DNA of 64,000 nt from an uncultured Clostridia bacterium (GCA_902477755.1 CABSIK010000003.1:148912-212911); one strand, 5' to 3'; numbered from the stretch's first letter, positions 37,976 to 48,146 are shown. Program-made: numbers and translations. Notes: generated from the sequence alone by a model not told the origin.

Positions 37976-38470
37976 TCAGTGGTTGTATTTTGCTTCCACT
38001 GCTTTGTTCTTTTCCAGTACTTTTGCTGCTGCTTCCGCTCTGGCTGCATCCAGTTTTGCTGCCAGTTCCGCGTCAGATGCACCCAGCACCTGAATTGCCA
38101 GCAGAGCCGCATTTTCTGCCCCGTCAATGGCTACAGTTGCAACGGGAATACCGCCGGGCATCTGTACGGTGGAAAGCAGTGCGTCCAGACCGTCCAGTGT
38201 AGAGGATTTTACAGGAATGCCGATGACAGGCAGTGTTGTGTTTGCTGCGATGGCACCTGCCAGATGGGCTGCCTTGCCTGCTGCCGCGATGATGGCACCA
38301 AAGCCGTTGGCTCTTGCCTGCTGTGCAAATTCTTTTGCTTCTACAGGTGTTCTGTGTGCGGAATATACATGCACTTCATAAGGCACACCAAATTTGTCCA
38401 GTGTTGTCATTGCCTTTTCCAATACAGGAAGATCACTGTCGCTGCCCATTACAATACCAATTTTTTTCAT
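37976..38470 (-). CDS. purE: N5-carboxyaminoimidazole ribonucleotide mutase (class I PurE)
   Basis: 164 aa. [26 protein letters not shown]. Confidence 0.9.
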   Translation of the reverse strand: MKKIGIVMGSDSDLPVLEKAMTTLDKFGVPYEVHVYSAHRTPVEAKEFAQQARANGFGAIIAAAGKAAHLAGAIAANTTLPVIGIPVKSSTLDGLDALLSTVQMPGGIPVATVAIDGAENAALLAIQVLGASDAELAAKLDAARAEAAAKVLEKNKAVEAKYNH

Positions 38471-38513
38471 GGATAAACCTCCTCAAAAATAATACAAATT
38501 CCTTTTGCAGACG

Positions 38514-38798
38514 CAAAAAAGGACAGTCCGATTCCTTGGCGGAAACAGGACTGCCCAGACGGTCGACAAAAAGCAGCACGCTTTCCTTCTTTTCTCCTCA
38601 TTGACAGCAAAAAAGCGATATTTCCATTCATCAAAAACACCGCCGACAACCATCATGCAGAAGAAACAGACCGAAGAAATTCCGTTAAGCCCGGCAATCA
38701 TAAAAATATCCGCCAGGCAGTACTGCACTGCTTAGAAAAAATTCCGATTTTCTGCTCCCCTGTGGTCTCCCACCAATCCGTCAGTTACAGAAAACCGC
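38514..38798 (-). promoter_or_regulatory. ZTP (pfl-motif) riboswitch with intrinsic terminator; leader of the purE operon
   Basis: Minus strand 38798->38746 reads GGUUUUCUGUAACUGACGGAUUGGUGGGAGACCACAGGGGAGCAGAAAAUC. This gives P1 GGUUUUCUG/CAGAAAAUC, conserved ACUGACGG, P2 GGUGG-GAGA-CCAC and GGGGAGC. 38568->38552 reads UGUCGACCGUCUGGGCA, where CCGUC is complementary to GACGG (pseudoknot) and CUGGGC is conserved. GGGCAGUCC (38556->38548) pairs with GGACUGUCC (38529->38521) followed by U6 (38520->38515), a terminator that competes with the aptamer 3' part. The aptamer starts about 12 nt after the predicted TSS. Confidence 0.75.
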
Positions 38799-38814
38799 TT
38801 TATTTGACATGTTC

Positions 38815-38844
38815 AGTCTAACACATTTTCCAATTTCCTGTCAA
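38815..38844 (-). promoter_or_regulatory. sigma-70-like promoter of the pur operon
   Basis: Minus strand TTGACA (38844..38839), 18 nt spacer, TAGACT (38820..38815) preceded by TGT (extended -10). Confidence 0.5.
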
Positions 38845-38877
38845 TGAAGGGGGAAGAATTTTCTCGGAAAGAAATGC

Positions 38878-38906
38878 TTGACAGAGCCAAATCCCTATGA
38901 TATACT
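38878..38906 (+). promoter_or_regulatory. sigma-70-like promoter of the pyr operon
   Basis: TTGACA (38878..38883), 17 nt spacer, TATACT (38901..38906) preceded by TGA (extended -10). Divergent from the pur promoter 34 bp away. Confidence 0.6.
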
Positions 38907-38967
38907 ACTGACAATTTGTAAAGAAATACATAACAACCATGCAGACAGAAGAAAGGAGAGAAATACA

Positions 38968-40257
38968 TTGAACTACATTTTATCCAATGCAAACGTATTT
39001 ATGCAGGGCGAATTTGTAAAATCCAACGTATTTGTCAATAATGGTATCATTACCGATATTTCTTCCGCCGCACCCACAAAAGGCAGCGTTGTTTTCGATT
39101 TGGAAGGTTTCGCTATCTTTCCCGGTTTCATTGATGTTCATACGCATCTGAGAGAACCGGGATTTTTTTATAAAGAGACCATCCGCACCGGTACACAGGC
39201 GGCAGCACACGGCGGTTACACCACCATTTGCGCTATGCCAAACCTGAATCCAGTGCCCGATTGTGCCGAAACACTGGCACCGCAGCTGGAAGCCATCGAA
39301 AAAACCGCTTTGATCGAAGTCCTGCCTTATGGTGCCATCACCTATGGTGAAAAAGGCGAAGCTCTTGCGGATTTTGACGCACTGGCACCTCATGTTTGTG
39401 CCTTTTCCGATGATGGACGAGGTGTACAAAGTGACGAAATGATGCGTCAGGCCATGAAAAAAATCAAACAACTTGACAAAATGGTAGCCGCACACTGCGA
39501 AGTCAATGAACTGCTCAATGGCGGCTATATTCATGCAGGCGAATATTGTGCGCAGCACGGACACAAAGGTATCTGCTCCGAAAGTGAATGGAAGCAGATC
39601 CAGCGTGACATCGCTTTGGTAAGAGAAACAGGATGTGACTATCATGTCTGCCACATCTCTACCAAAGAAGGCGTGGAACTCATCCGTCAGGCGAAAAAAG
39701 AAGGCCTTCCCGTTTCCTGCGAAACAGGTCCTCATTATCTGGTACTGACTGATATGGACCTGCAGGAGGACGGCAGATTCAAAATGAATCCCCCTCTGCG
39801 CAGCAAAGCAGATCAGGATGCTCTCATTGCAGGCATTCTGGACGGTACCATCGACATGATTGCCACCGACCACGCCCCTCACTCCGCTGAGGAAAAAAGC
39901 AAAGGTCTGGCAAAGAGCATGATGGGTATTGTAGGACTGGAAACAGCCTTCCCCATTCTGTACACCAATCTGGTGAAAAAAGGAGTTCTTACCTTAAATA
40001 TGCTCATCGATCTGATGCACACAAATCCGTCCAAACGCTTCGGCATCGGCACACCTCTGGCTGTTGGCATGCCTGCCAACCTGACTGTGTACGATCTGAA
40101 CGAAACATACACCATTGACCCTGCGGAGTTCTGCTCCATGGGCAAAAGCACACCTTTCACCGGCTGGGAAGTATCCGGCAGATGTAAACTGACCATGTAC
40201 AAAGGTGTTCCTGTATGGGAAGAAAATCTGGACAGCCGGAAAACAACCATATTATAA
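38968..40257 (+). CDS. pyrC: dihydroorotase
   Basis: ORF 38878..40257 trimmed to TTG 38968, 7 nt after AAAGGAGAG. DVHTHLREPG metal-binding HxH and ATDHAPH. Confidence 0.9.
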   Translation: MNYILSNANVFMQGEFVKSNVFVNNGIITDISSAAPTKGSVVFDLEGFAIFPGFIDVHTHLREPGFFYKETIRTGTQAAAHGGYTTICAMPNLNPVPDCAETLAPQLEAIEKTALIEVLPYGAITYGEKGEALADFDALAPHVCAFSDDGRGVQSDEMMRQAMKKIKQLDKMVAAHCEVNELLNGGYIHAGEYCAQHGHKGICSESEWKQIQRDIALVRETGCDYHVCHISTKEGVELIRQAKKEGLPVSCETGPHYLVLTDMDLQEDGRFKMNPPLRSKADQDALIAGILDGTIDMIATDHAPHSAEEKSKGLAKSMMGIVGLETAFPILYTNLVKKGVLTLNMLIDLMHTNPSKRFGIGTPLAVGMPANLTVYDLNETYTIDPAEFCSMGKSTPFTGWEVSGRCKLTMYKGVPVWEENLDSRKTTIL

Positions 40258-40309
40258 TAAATTCAGGTAACTAGGAAATTTTATATATAATTCAAGGAGG
40301 AATTACAAT

Positions 40310-43300
40310 ATGCCAAAGAGAACTGACCTCAAAAAAATTCTGATTATCGGCTCCGGCCCCATCGTCATCGGACAGGCTGCCGAATTTGACTATGCAGGCA
40401 CACAGGCTTGCCTTGCCCTGAAAGAAGAAGGCTATGAAGTAGTACTGGTAAACTCCAACCCTGCTACCATCATGACAGACACAACCATTGCAGACAAGGT
40501 TTATATGGAACCCCTAACACTGGAATATGTTGCAAAAATCCTGCGTTATGAACGTCCCGACGCTATCGTTCCCGGTATCGGCGGTCAGACAGGTCTGAAT
40601 CTGGCAATGCAGCTGGAAAAGAAAGGCGTTCTGAGAGAATGCCAGGTAGAACTGCTGGGCACAAGCTGTGAAAGTATCGAACGTGCTGAAGACAGAGAAC
40701 TGTTCAAAGAACTCTGCCAGGAAATCGGCGAACCCGTAATTCCTTCCATCATCACATACTCCGTTGAAGAAGCAATCAACGCTGCAAAAGAAATCGGCTA
40801 TCCCGTTGTACTGCGTCCTGCATTCACACTGGGCGGCACAGGCGGCGGTTTCGCAAACAACGAAACTGAACTGGTAGAAATCATGGAAAACGCCCTGAAA
40901 CTTTCTCCCGTACACCAGGTACTGGTTGAAAAGAGCGTAAAAGGCTACAAAGAAATCGAATTCGAAGTAATGCGTGACGGCACAGACCACGCGATCACCA
41001 TCTGCGGTATGGAAAACATCGACCCCGTTGGTGTACACACAGGTGACTCCATCGTTGTGGCTCCTATCCTGACACTGAATGATGCAGACTTCAACATGCT
41101 CCGTGACAGCGCTCTGAAAATCATCCGCGCGCTGAAAATCGAAGGCGGTTGTAACGTACAGTTCGCACTGGACCCCAACTCCTCCAAATACTACCTGATC
41201 GAAGTAAACCCTCGTGTATCTCGTTCCTCCGCACTGGCATCCAAAGCAAGCGGTTACCCCATCGCTCGTGTAACAGCTAAGATCGCTGTTGGTATGACAC
41301 TGGACGAAATCAAGATTTCCGAAACAAACGCAAACTTCGAACCTGCTCTGGACTATATCGTAGCGAAAATGCCTCGTTTCCCCTTCGACAAATTTGCTAC
41401 AGCAGCAAACACACTGGGCACACAGATGAAAGCAACAGGCGAAGTTATGGGTATCGGCAGAACTATCGAAGAATGTCTGCTGAAATCCATCCGCTCTCTG
41501 GAAATCGGTGTTTGCCACCTGTACATGGACAAATTTGACAACACACCTAACGAAGAACTGCTGGACTACATCGCAAAGAGCCCCGATGACAGAATCTACG
41601 CTATTGCACAGCTGATCCGCAACGGCGTTTCTCTGGATGAAATCTTCAACGCAACCATGATCACAAAATACTTCCTGGAAGTAATGAAAAACATCGTTGA
41701 CTACGAAACAGTACTGGCTGAAAACGTTGGCAACGTAGAAATCCTGGCAAAAGCGAAGAAAATGGGCTTCTCCGATAAATTCATCGCAAAACTGTGGAAC
41801 TGGAAAGAAGTTGAAGTATTCAACCTGAGAAAAGAACAGAAAATGTTCCCTGTTTACAAAATGATCGAAACAAGCGGCTGCGGCGGCTATATCCCTTACT
41901 TCTACTCCACATACGAAGAAGGCAACGAATCCCGCCTGAGCGACAAAAAGAAAATCATCGTACTGGGTTCCGGTCCTATCCGTATCGGTCAGGGTGTCGA
42001 ATTCGACTACTCCACCGTACATGCTGTAACAACCATCAAACAGTATGGTTATGAATCCATCATCATCAACAACAACCCCGAAACTGTATCCACAGACTAC
42101 ACAACCAGCGACAAGCTGTACTTCGAACCTTTGACTGTAGAAGACGTTATGAACATCGTAGAAATGGAACAGCCTCTGGGCGTTATCGCTTCCCTGGGCG
42201 GCCAGACAGCGATCAACCTGGCACAGCCTCTGATGGAACGCGGCGTAAAGATCATCGGTACAGACGTTGCTGCCATCGAAAGAGCGGAAAACAGAGATTC
42301 CTTCGAAAAGATCATGGAAGAACTGAACATCCCTCAGCCTAAGGGTCAGGCAGTTACAAACATCGAAGACGGTGTGAAAGCAGCAGAAGAAATCGGTTAT
42401 CCCGTACTGGTTCGCCCCAGCTACGTTCTGGGCGGTCGTGCAATGCAGATCGTTGCGAACGAAGAATCCCTGCGTTCTTACCTGAAAACAGCCGTTAAAA
42501 TCAACGAAGACCAGCCCGTACTGGTTGACAAATATATCCAGGGTAAAGAACTGGAAGTAGACGCAGTTTGCGACGGTTACGACGTATTCGTTCCTGGTAT
42601 CATGGAACATGTAGAAAGAACCGGCGTACACTCCGGTGACTCCATCAGCGTATATCCTACATTCAGCGTATCCGCAAAAGCAAAAGGCACCATCCTGGAA
42701 TACACCAAGAAACTGGGTCTGGGCATCGGCATCCGTGGTCTGTTCAACATCCAGTTCATCGTGGACAAAAACGATGATGTATACGTAATCGAAGTAAACC
42801 CTCGTTCCTCCAGAACAGTACCTTTCCTGTCCAAAGCAACAGGTTACTCTCTGGCAGACATTGCAACACTGGTAATTCTGGGCAAGACTCTGAAAGAACA
42901 GGGCATCTTCGGCATCTACCCCGATGAAAAGAACAGATGGTATGTAAAAGTTCCCGCATTCTCCTTCTCCAAACTCCACGGTATGGACACTTACCTGTCC
43001 CCCGAAATGAAATCCACAGGGGAAGCAATCGGTTACGACAACAAACTGAACCGCGCGCTGTATAAAGCTCTGCAGGCTTCCGGCATGAACATCCTGAACT
43101 ACGGTACCGTATTTGCTACCATCGCAGACAAAGACAAAGAAGAAGCACTGCCTCTGATCCGTCGTTTCTACGAACTGGGCTTCAACATCGAAGCAACAAA
43201 AGGCACAGCTGAATTCCTGAAAGAACACGGTATCCGTACAAGAGTAAGAGCAAAAATCAGCGACGGCAGCGATGAAATCATCGAATCCATCCGTCACGGC

Positions 43301-43480
43301 TATGTAAGCTATGTGATCAACACCAGAGACATCAACGACATGCAGAACAGTGACGGTGCAGAAATCCGTCAGTGTGCAGTAGAAAACAACGTAACCATGT
43401 TCACAGCACTGGATACCGTTCGTGTTCTGCTGGATGTTCTGGAAGAAACCACACTTTGCATCTCTACCATCGACGCATAA
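40310..43480 (+). CDS. carB: carbamoyl-phosphate synthase large subunit
   Basis: 1056 aa. [33 protein letters not shown]..., duplicated ATP-grasp halves and a C-terminal MGS-like domain. Confidence 0.95.
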   Translation: MPKRTDLKKILIIGSGPIVIGQAAEFDYAGTQACLALKEEGYEVVLVNSNPATIMTDTTIADKVYMEPLTLEYVAKILRYERPDAIVPGIGGQTGLNLAMQLEKKGVLRECQVELLGTSCESIERAEDRELFKELCQEIGEPVIPSIITYSVEEAINAAKEIGYPVVLRPAFTLGGTGGGFANNETELVEIMENALKLSPVHQVLVEKSVKGYKEIEFEVMRDGTDHAITICGMENIDPVGVHTGDSIVVAPILTLNDADFNMLRDSALKIIRALKIEGGCNVQFALDPNSSKYYLIEVNPRVSRSSALASKASGYPIARVTAKIAVGMTLDEIKISETNANFEPALDYIVAKMPRFPFDKFATAANTLGTQMKATGEVMGIGRTIEECLLKSIRSLEIGVCHLYMDKFDNTPNEELLDYIAKSPDDRIYAIAQLIRNGVSLDEIFNATMITKYFLEVMKNIVDYETVLAENVGNVEILAKAKKMGFSDKFIAKLWNWKEVEVFNLRKEQKMFPVYKMIETSGCGGYIPYFYSTYEEGNESRLSDKKKIIVLGSGPIRIGQGVEFDYSTVHAVTTIKQYGYESIIINNNPETVSTDYTTSDKLYFEPLTVEDVMNIVEMEQPLGVIASLGGQTAINLAQPLMERGVKIIGTDVAAIERAENRDSFEKIMEELNIPQPKGQAVTNIEDGVKAAEEIGYPVLVRPSYVLGGRAMQIVANEESLRSYLKTAVKINEDQPVLVDKYIQGKELEVDAVCDGYDVFVPGIMEHVERTGVHSGDSISVYPTFSVSAKAKGTILEYTKKLGLGIGIRGLFNIQFIVDKNDDVYVIEVNPRSSRTVPFLSKATGYSLADIATLVILGKTLKEQGIFGIYPDEKNRWYVKVPAFSFSKLHGMDTYLSPEMKSTGEAIGYDNKLNRALYKALQASGMNILNYGTVFATIADKDKEEALPLIRRFYELGFNIEATKGTAEFLKEHGIRTRVRAKISDGSDEIIESIRHGYVSYVINTRDINDMQNSDGAEIRQCAVENNVTMFTALDTVRVLLDVLEETTLCISTIDA

Positions 43481-43495
43481 TCTAGGAGGTACGTC

Positions 43496-44230
43496 GTGAA
43501 GCAGTCTATCTTTACTGTAAAAAGCAATCAGCATCTGACCGACACAGTATTGAAAATGGTTTTGGCAGGGGATACCTCTGCCATCACCGCTTCCGGTCAG
43601 TTCGTAAATATCAAACTGGATGGTTTTTTCCTGCGTCGTCCCATTTCCGTATGTGACTACAACGAAAAAACTCTCACCATTCTCTACAAAGTAGTGGGCA
43701 AAGGCACAAAATACCTTTCCACACTGGCAGCCGGCAAACAGCTGGATATCCTGACAGGTCTTGGCAATGGCTATGACACCAGCAAAAGCGGTATGCGTCC
43801 CCTGCTTATCGGCGGCGGCGTAGGGGTTCCCCCCATGTATCGTCTGGCAAAAAATCTGCTGGAAGAAGGCAAAAAGCCTGAAGTGATTCTGGGCTTCAAC
43901 ACCAAAGAAGATGCCTTCTATATCGACGAATTCCGGGCTTTGGGCGTGCCCGTTCATGTGGCAACAGCAGACGGTTCCCTTGGCACAAAAGGCTTTGTCA
44001 CCGATGTAGTGAAAACATTGAAAGACTACACTTATTTCTATACCTGCGGTCCCGAACCCATGCTGAAAGCCCTGTCTGATGTGACAGCAACCAGCGGCCA
44101 GCTCAGCTTTGAAGAACGCATGGGCTGTGGCTTCGGTGCCTGCATGGGCTGCAGCTGTGAAACAAAATACGGCAACAAACGTATCTGCAAAGACGGCCCT
44201 GTACTGGAAAAGGAGGAAATCAAGTGGTAA
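43496..44230 (+). CDS. pyrK: dihydroorotate dehydrogenase electron-transfer subunit
   Basis: 244 aa. GTG start 6 nt after AGGAGG. FAD/NAD domain and a C-terminal 2Fe-2S motif CGFGACMGCSC. Confidence 0.9.
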   Translation: MKQSIFTVKSNQHLTDTVLKMVLAGDTSAITASGQFVNIKLDGFFLRRPISVCDYNEKTLTILYKVVGKGTKYLSTLAAGKQLDILTGLGNGYDTSKSGMRPLLIGGGVGVPPMYRLAKNLLEEGKKPEVILGFNTKEDAFYIDEFRALGVPVHVATADGSLGTKGFVTDVVKTLKDYTYFYTCGPEPMLKALSDVTATSGQLSFEERMGCGFGACMGCSCETKYGNKRICKDGPVLEKEEIKW

Positions 44231-45138
44231 ACACAAAAGTAACACTCAGCGGCATTACGCTGGATAACCCCGTGATTCCCGCCAGCGGTACTTTCGGCTA
44301 TGGCTATGAATTTGCGGAACTGTATGATATCAATATTCTGGGTTCCTTCTCTTTCAAAGGGACCACCAGAGAACCCCGTTTCGGCAACCCTACTCCCCGT
44401 ATTGCAGAATGCACTTCCGGGCTCATCAACTCTGTAGGGCTCCAGAACCCCGGCATTGACAAAGTGATTTCCGAAGAACTGCCTAAAATGCGCAAGTGCT
44501 TCCATAAGCCTGTCATTGCCAACATCAGCGGTTTTTCCGTTGACGAATACGCTTACTGCTGCGAACGCATCGACAAAGAAGACCAAGTTGGCATCATTGA
44601 AGTCAATGTCAGCTGCCCCAACGTGCATCACGGCGGCATGGCATTCGGCACCAGCCCCGAAGCTGCGGCAGAAGTGACCAGAGCCGTAAAGGCAGTGACC
44701 ACAAAACCCGTTTACATCAAACTGAGCCCCAATGTAACAGACATTGCGGCTGTTGCAAAAGCATGTGAAGAAGCAGGCGCAGACGGCATCAGCCTCATCA
44801 ACACCATGATGGGCATGCGTATTGACCTGAAAACAAAACGCCCTGTGATCGCTAACAAAATGGGCGGTTTCTCCGGCAGTGCCATCTTCCCTGTGGCTGT
44901 CCGCATGGTATATCAGGTAGCGGAAGCTGTAAACATCCCCGTCATCGGCATGGGCGGTGTTTCCTCCGCGGAAGATGTCATCGAAATGATGCTGGCAGGC
45001 GCTACTGCCGTTCAGGTAGGCGCAGCCAATCTGGTAGACCCCTTCGCATGCAAAAACATCATCGAAGACCTGCCCCGTGTTATGGAGCAGTATGGTATCA
45101 AAGATCTGAATGAAATCATTGGAGGTGCTCACAAATGA
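44224..45138 (+). CDS. pyrD: dihydroorotate dehydrogenase B catalytic subunit
   Basis: 304 aa. GTG start after [21 protein letters not shown]...NVSCPNV. Confidence 0.9.
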   Translation: MVNTKVTLSGITLDNPVIPASGTFGYGYEFAELYDINILGSFSFKGTTREPRFGNPTPRIAECTSGLINSVGLQNPGIDKVISEELPKMRKCFHKPVIANISGFSVDEYAYCCERIDKEDQVGIIEVNVSCPNVHHGGMAFGTSPEAAAEVTRAVKAVTTKPVYIKLSPNVTDIAAVAKACEEAGADGISLINTMMGMRIDLKTKRPVIANKMGGFSGSAIFPVAVRMVYQVAEAVNIPVIGMGGVSSAEDVIEMMLAGATAVQVGAANLVDPFACKNIIEDLPRVMEQYGIKDLNEIIGGAHK

Positions 45139-45842
45139 ACAGAGATGTCATCATCGCTTGTGACTTCAACAGCAAGGAAGAACTCTACACCTTCCTGGAT
45201 CGCTTCACAGAAGAAAAACCCTTCCTGAAAATCGGTATGGAACTGTTCTATGCGGAAGGTCCCGAAATCGTAAGAGAAATCAAGGCAAGAGGCCATAAAA
45301 TCTTCCTGGATCTGAAGCTGCACGACATTCCCAACACTGTAAAGAAAGCTATGGCAGTTCTGTCCCGTCTGGATGTTGACATGTGCAACGTACATGCCGG
45401 CGGCACCATCGCTATGATGGAAGCAGGTCTGGAAGGTCTGACACGCCCCGATGGCACACGTCCCCTGCTGATCGCTGTAACACAGCTTACATCCACCAGT
45501 GAAGAACGCATGCAGAACGACCTGCTCATCGACAGACCTCTGGATGAAGTTGTTATGCACTATGCTGCAAATACAAAAATCGCAGGTCTGGACGGCGTTG
45601 TCTGCTCCCCTCTGGAAGCAGGCAAAGTAAAAGAAGTCTGCGGCAAAGAATTTTTGACTGTAACCCCCGGCGTACGTTTTGCCGATGGGGATAAAGGGGA
45701 TCAGGTAAGAATCACCACCCCTGCAAAAGCAAGAGAAATCGGTTCTGACTACATCGTCGTAGGCAGACCTATCACACAGGCAGATGACCCTGTGGCTGCT
45801 TATAGAAGATGTGTTTCTGAATTTTTAGGAGGCGAAAAGTAA
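45135..45842 (+). CDS. pyrF: orotidine-5'-phosphate decarboxylase
   Basis: 235 aa. [12 protein letters not shown] motif. ATGA overlap with the pyrD stop. Confidence 0.95.
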   Translation: MNRDVIIACDFNSKEELYTFLDRFTEEKPFLKIGMELFYAEGPEIVREIKARGHKIFLDLKLHDIPNTVKKAMAVLSRLDVDMCNVHAGGTIAMMEAGLEGLTRPDGTRPLLIAVTQLTSTSEERMQNDLLIDRPLDEVVMHYAANTKIAGLDGVVCSPLEAGKVKEVCGKEFLTVTPGVRFADGDKGDQVRITTPAKAREIGSDYIVVGRPITQADDPVAAYRRCVSEFLGGEK

Positions 45843-45843
45843 T

Positions 45844-46491
45844 ATGACAAACATGAAAAAACAGATTGCAAAAGACCTGTTATCTATTGGCGCTGTTTTC
45901 CTGCGTCCCGAAGAACCTTTCACATGGGCAAGCGGCATCAAAAGCCCTATTTACTGCGATAACCGTCTGACACTGACAGCACCTGAAGTGCGTACTCGCG
46001 TAGAAAACGCACTGGCAGAAACCATCAAAGCAGAATACCCCGACTGTGAAGTGCTCATGGGCACCAGCACAGCAGGTATCGCTCACGCTGCTATCGTTGG
46101 CCACATCATGGGACTGCCCATGGGTTATGTTCGCTCCGGTCACAAAGACCACGGCAGACACAACCAGATCGAAGGCAAACTGGAAAAAGGCCAGAAAGTT
46201 GTTGTTGTGGAAGACCTGATCTCCACAGCCGGCAGCGCTATCGAAGTTGTAAACGTACTGCGTGAAGCAGGTGCTGACGTACTGGGTATCGTAAGCATCT
46301 TCACTTATGGCATGCAGAAAGGTCTGGATCGTCTGGCAGAAGCAAATGTAAAAAATGTCAGCCTGTCCAACTTCGACGCAGTTGCTGAAGTAGCCGCTGA
46401 AGAAGGCTACATCAAAGAATCTGACATCGCGAGACTGATCGCTTTCCGCAACAATCCCAGTGATGAAAGCTGGAGGACTGATGTGAAATGA
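45844..46491 (+). CDS. pyrE: orotate phosphoribosyltransferase
   Basis: 215 aa. PRPP motif [13 protein letters not shown]. Confidence 0.95.
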   Translation: MTNMKKQIAKDLLSIGAVFLRPEEPFTWASGIKSPIYCDNRLTLTAPEVRTRVENALAETIKAEYPDCEVLMGTSTAGIAHAAIVGHIMGLPMGYVRSGHKDHGRHNQIEGKLEKGQKVVVVEDLISTAGSAIEVVNVLREAGADVLGIVSIFTYGMQKGLDRLAEANVKNVSLSNFDAVAEVAAEEGYIKESDIARLIAFRNNPSDESWRTDVK

Positions 46492-47405
46492 GAAATCTGA
46501 TCGATATTACTGACCTGACTGTACAGGAAATCGACGAACTGATTGCCACCGCTTGTGACATCATCGCCAATCCCGATAAATACTGCGACGCTTGCCGCAG
46601 AAAAAAACTGGCTACCCTCTTTTTTGAACCCTCTACCAGAACCCGCCTGAGCTTTGAAGCGGCTATGCTGGAACTGGGCGGCAGTGTGCTGGGCTTTTCC
46701 GAAGCAAACAGCAGCTCTGCATCCAAAGGGGAAAGCGTTGCGGATACCGTACGTGTGGTAGGCTGCTATGCAGACATCATCGCTATGCGTCATCCCAAAG
46801 AAGGGGCACCCATGGTAGCTTCCATGTACTCTCCCGTGCCCATTATCAATGCTGGTGACGGCGGTCATAACCACCCCACACAGACACTCACAGACCTGCT
46901 GACTATCCACAGAGAAAAAGGTCATTTTGACAATCTGACCGTTGGTCTGTGCGGCGACCTGAAATTCGGCCGTACTGTACATTCCCTGATTCATGCCCTG
47001 TCCCGTTACACAGGCATCCACTTTGTGCTGATTTCTCCCGAAGAACTCAGCCTGCCCTCTTATATCATTCACGATGTACTGGAGAAAAAAGGCATGTCCT
47101 TTGAAGAAACACAGGATTTGGAAGCAGTGATGCCCAAACTGGATATCCTGTACATGACAAGAGTACAGCGGGAACGTTTCTTCAACGAAGCAGACTACAT
47201 TCGTCTGAAAGACAGCTATATCCTGACACTGGACAAGCTGAAAGACGCCAAAGAGGATCTTTGCATCCTGCATCCCCTGCCCCGTGTCAACGAAATTGCC
47301 ACCAGCGTGGATAACGACAGCCGCGCATGCTACTTTAAGCAGGCACACAACGGCAAATATATCCGTATGGCACTGATTCTGAAATTACTGGGGGTGGAAG
47401 TGTAA
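46488..47405 (+). CDS. pyrB: aspartate carbamoyltransferase catalytic subunit
   Basis: 305 aa. [13 protein letters not shown] and HPTQ motifs. ATGA overlap with the pyrE stop. Confidence 0.95.
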   Translation: MRNLIDITDLTVQEIDELIATACDIIANPDKYCDACRRKKLATLFFEPSTRTRLSFEAAMLELGGSVLGFSEANSSSASKGESVADTVRVVGCYADIIAMRHPKEGAPMVASMYSPVPIINAGDGGHNHPTQTLTDLLTIHREKGHFDNLTVGLCGDLKFGRTVHSLIHALSRYTGIHFVLISPEELSLPSYIIHDVLEKKGMSFEETQDLEAVMPKLDILYMTRVQRERFFNEADYIRLKDSYILTLDKLKDAKEDLCILHPLPRVNEIATSVDNDSRACYFKQAHNGKYIRMALILKLLGVEV

Positions 47406-47824
47406 TGCATATCGATGAAATCCAAAACGGTATTGTCATTGACCATATCAAAGCCGGCAAAGGCATGGAACTGTATCATTTCCTGCATCTGGATGAACTG
47501 GATTGCTCCGTTGCCATCCTGCGCAATGTCAGCAGCCAGAAAATGGGCAAAAAGGACATCATTAAAATCGACAGCGTGCTGGATATGGATTTAGGCGTTC
47601 TTGGCTACATGGACCCGAACATGACCATCAGCATCATTCAGGACGGCAAACGGGTGAAAAAATTCCATCCTGAACTGCCTGAACAGATCACAAACGTTAT
47701 TTTCTGTAAAAATCCTCGCTGCATCACCACAGTGGAACAGGAAATCGACCATATCTTTAAGCTGACAGACAGAGAAAAAGGCGTTTACCGCTGCCTGTAC
47801 TGCGAAAGTGAAGCAAAAAAATAA
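47405..47824 (+). CDS. pyrI: aspartate carbamoyltransferase regulatory subunit
   Basis: 139 aa. GIVIDHI... and C-terminal zinc cysteines CKNPRCIT...YRCLYCE. TAATG overlap with pyrB. Confidence 0.9.
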   Translation: MHIDEIQNGIVIDHIKAGKGMELYHFLHLDELDCSVAILRNVSSQKMGKKDIIKIDSVLDMDLGVLGYMDPNMTISIIQDGKRVKKFHPELPEQITNVIFCKNPRCITTVEQEIDHIFKLTDREKGVYRCLYCESEAKK

Positions 47825-47845
47825 GATGCCCTTGGCATCCCATAG

Positions 47846-47999
47846 AAAAACAGCCAGAACATTAGGGGCTTCTTCATAAGAAAACAAAGAAAGCTGAAAC
47901 TTTTGTATAACAAAAGATTTCAGCTTTCTTATTTATCAAAAATTCATTAGATTTGTTTTCTTAAGGAGAAGTTGCTTCCTTCTGGCTGTTTTTTATTTC
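47846..47999 (+). terminator. pyr operon terminator whose 14-bp stem is split by a 120-nt repeat copy
   Basis: AAAAACAGCCAGAA (47846..47859) is the perfect reverse complement of TTCTGGCTGTTTTT (47980..47993), followed by TATTT. The interval between them is repeat copy D. Confidence 0.55.
47860..47979 (+). repeat. nested-palindrome intergenic repeat, copy D (complete)
   Basis: AGGGGCTTCTTCATAAGAAAACAAAGAAAGCTGAAACTTTTG-TATAA-CAAAAGATTTCAGCTTTCTTATTTATCAAAAATTCATTAGATTTGTTTTCTTAAGGAGAAGTTGCTTCC. Confidence 0.75.
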
Positions 48000-48146
48000 T
48001 GTTAAATACAAAACTTTTCTGTATACACCATGCAATCCCCTCTGTAAGCCTCTATAAGGCGTTTTCTTTCTCAGAGAGCAAATCCTCATAGTTTACAAAA
48101 AATTCGTTTCAAGCCCAGAAAATACCAAAATACAATGGTATTCTCC

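Noticed and set aside
38483-38728. 81-aa ORF (and the 72-aa sub-ORF from ATG MIAGLNG...) inside the ZTP riboswitch linker
   Set aside because: It has no SD and runs through the 3' aptamer element and the terminator. It is probably a chance ORF, although it is mentioned in the linker finding as something ribosome profiling could exclude.
38856-38870. PurBox-like TTTCCGAGAAAAT just upstream of the pur -35
   Set aside because: It has two mismatches to the CCGAAC core as I remember it, and there is no second inverted box at the expected spacing. This is not enough evidence for PurR control.
38907-38967. Looked for a PyrR-binding attenuator in the pyrC leader
   Set aside because: The leader is about 55 nt. 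It has no ARUCCAGAGAGGYU-like loop, no terminator/antiterminator pair, and there is no pyrR gene in the operon.
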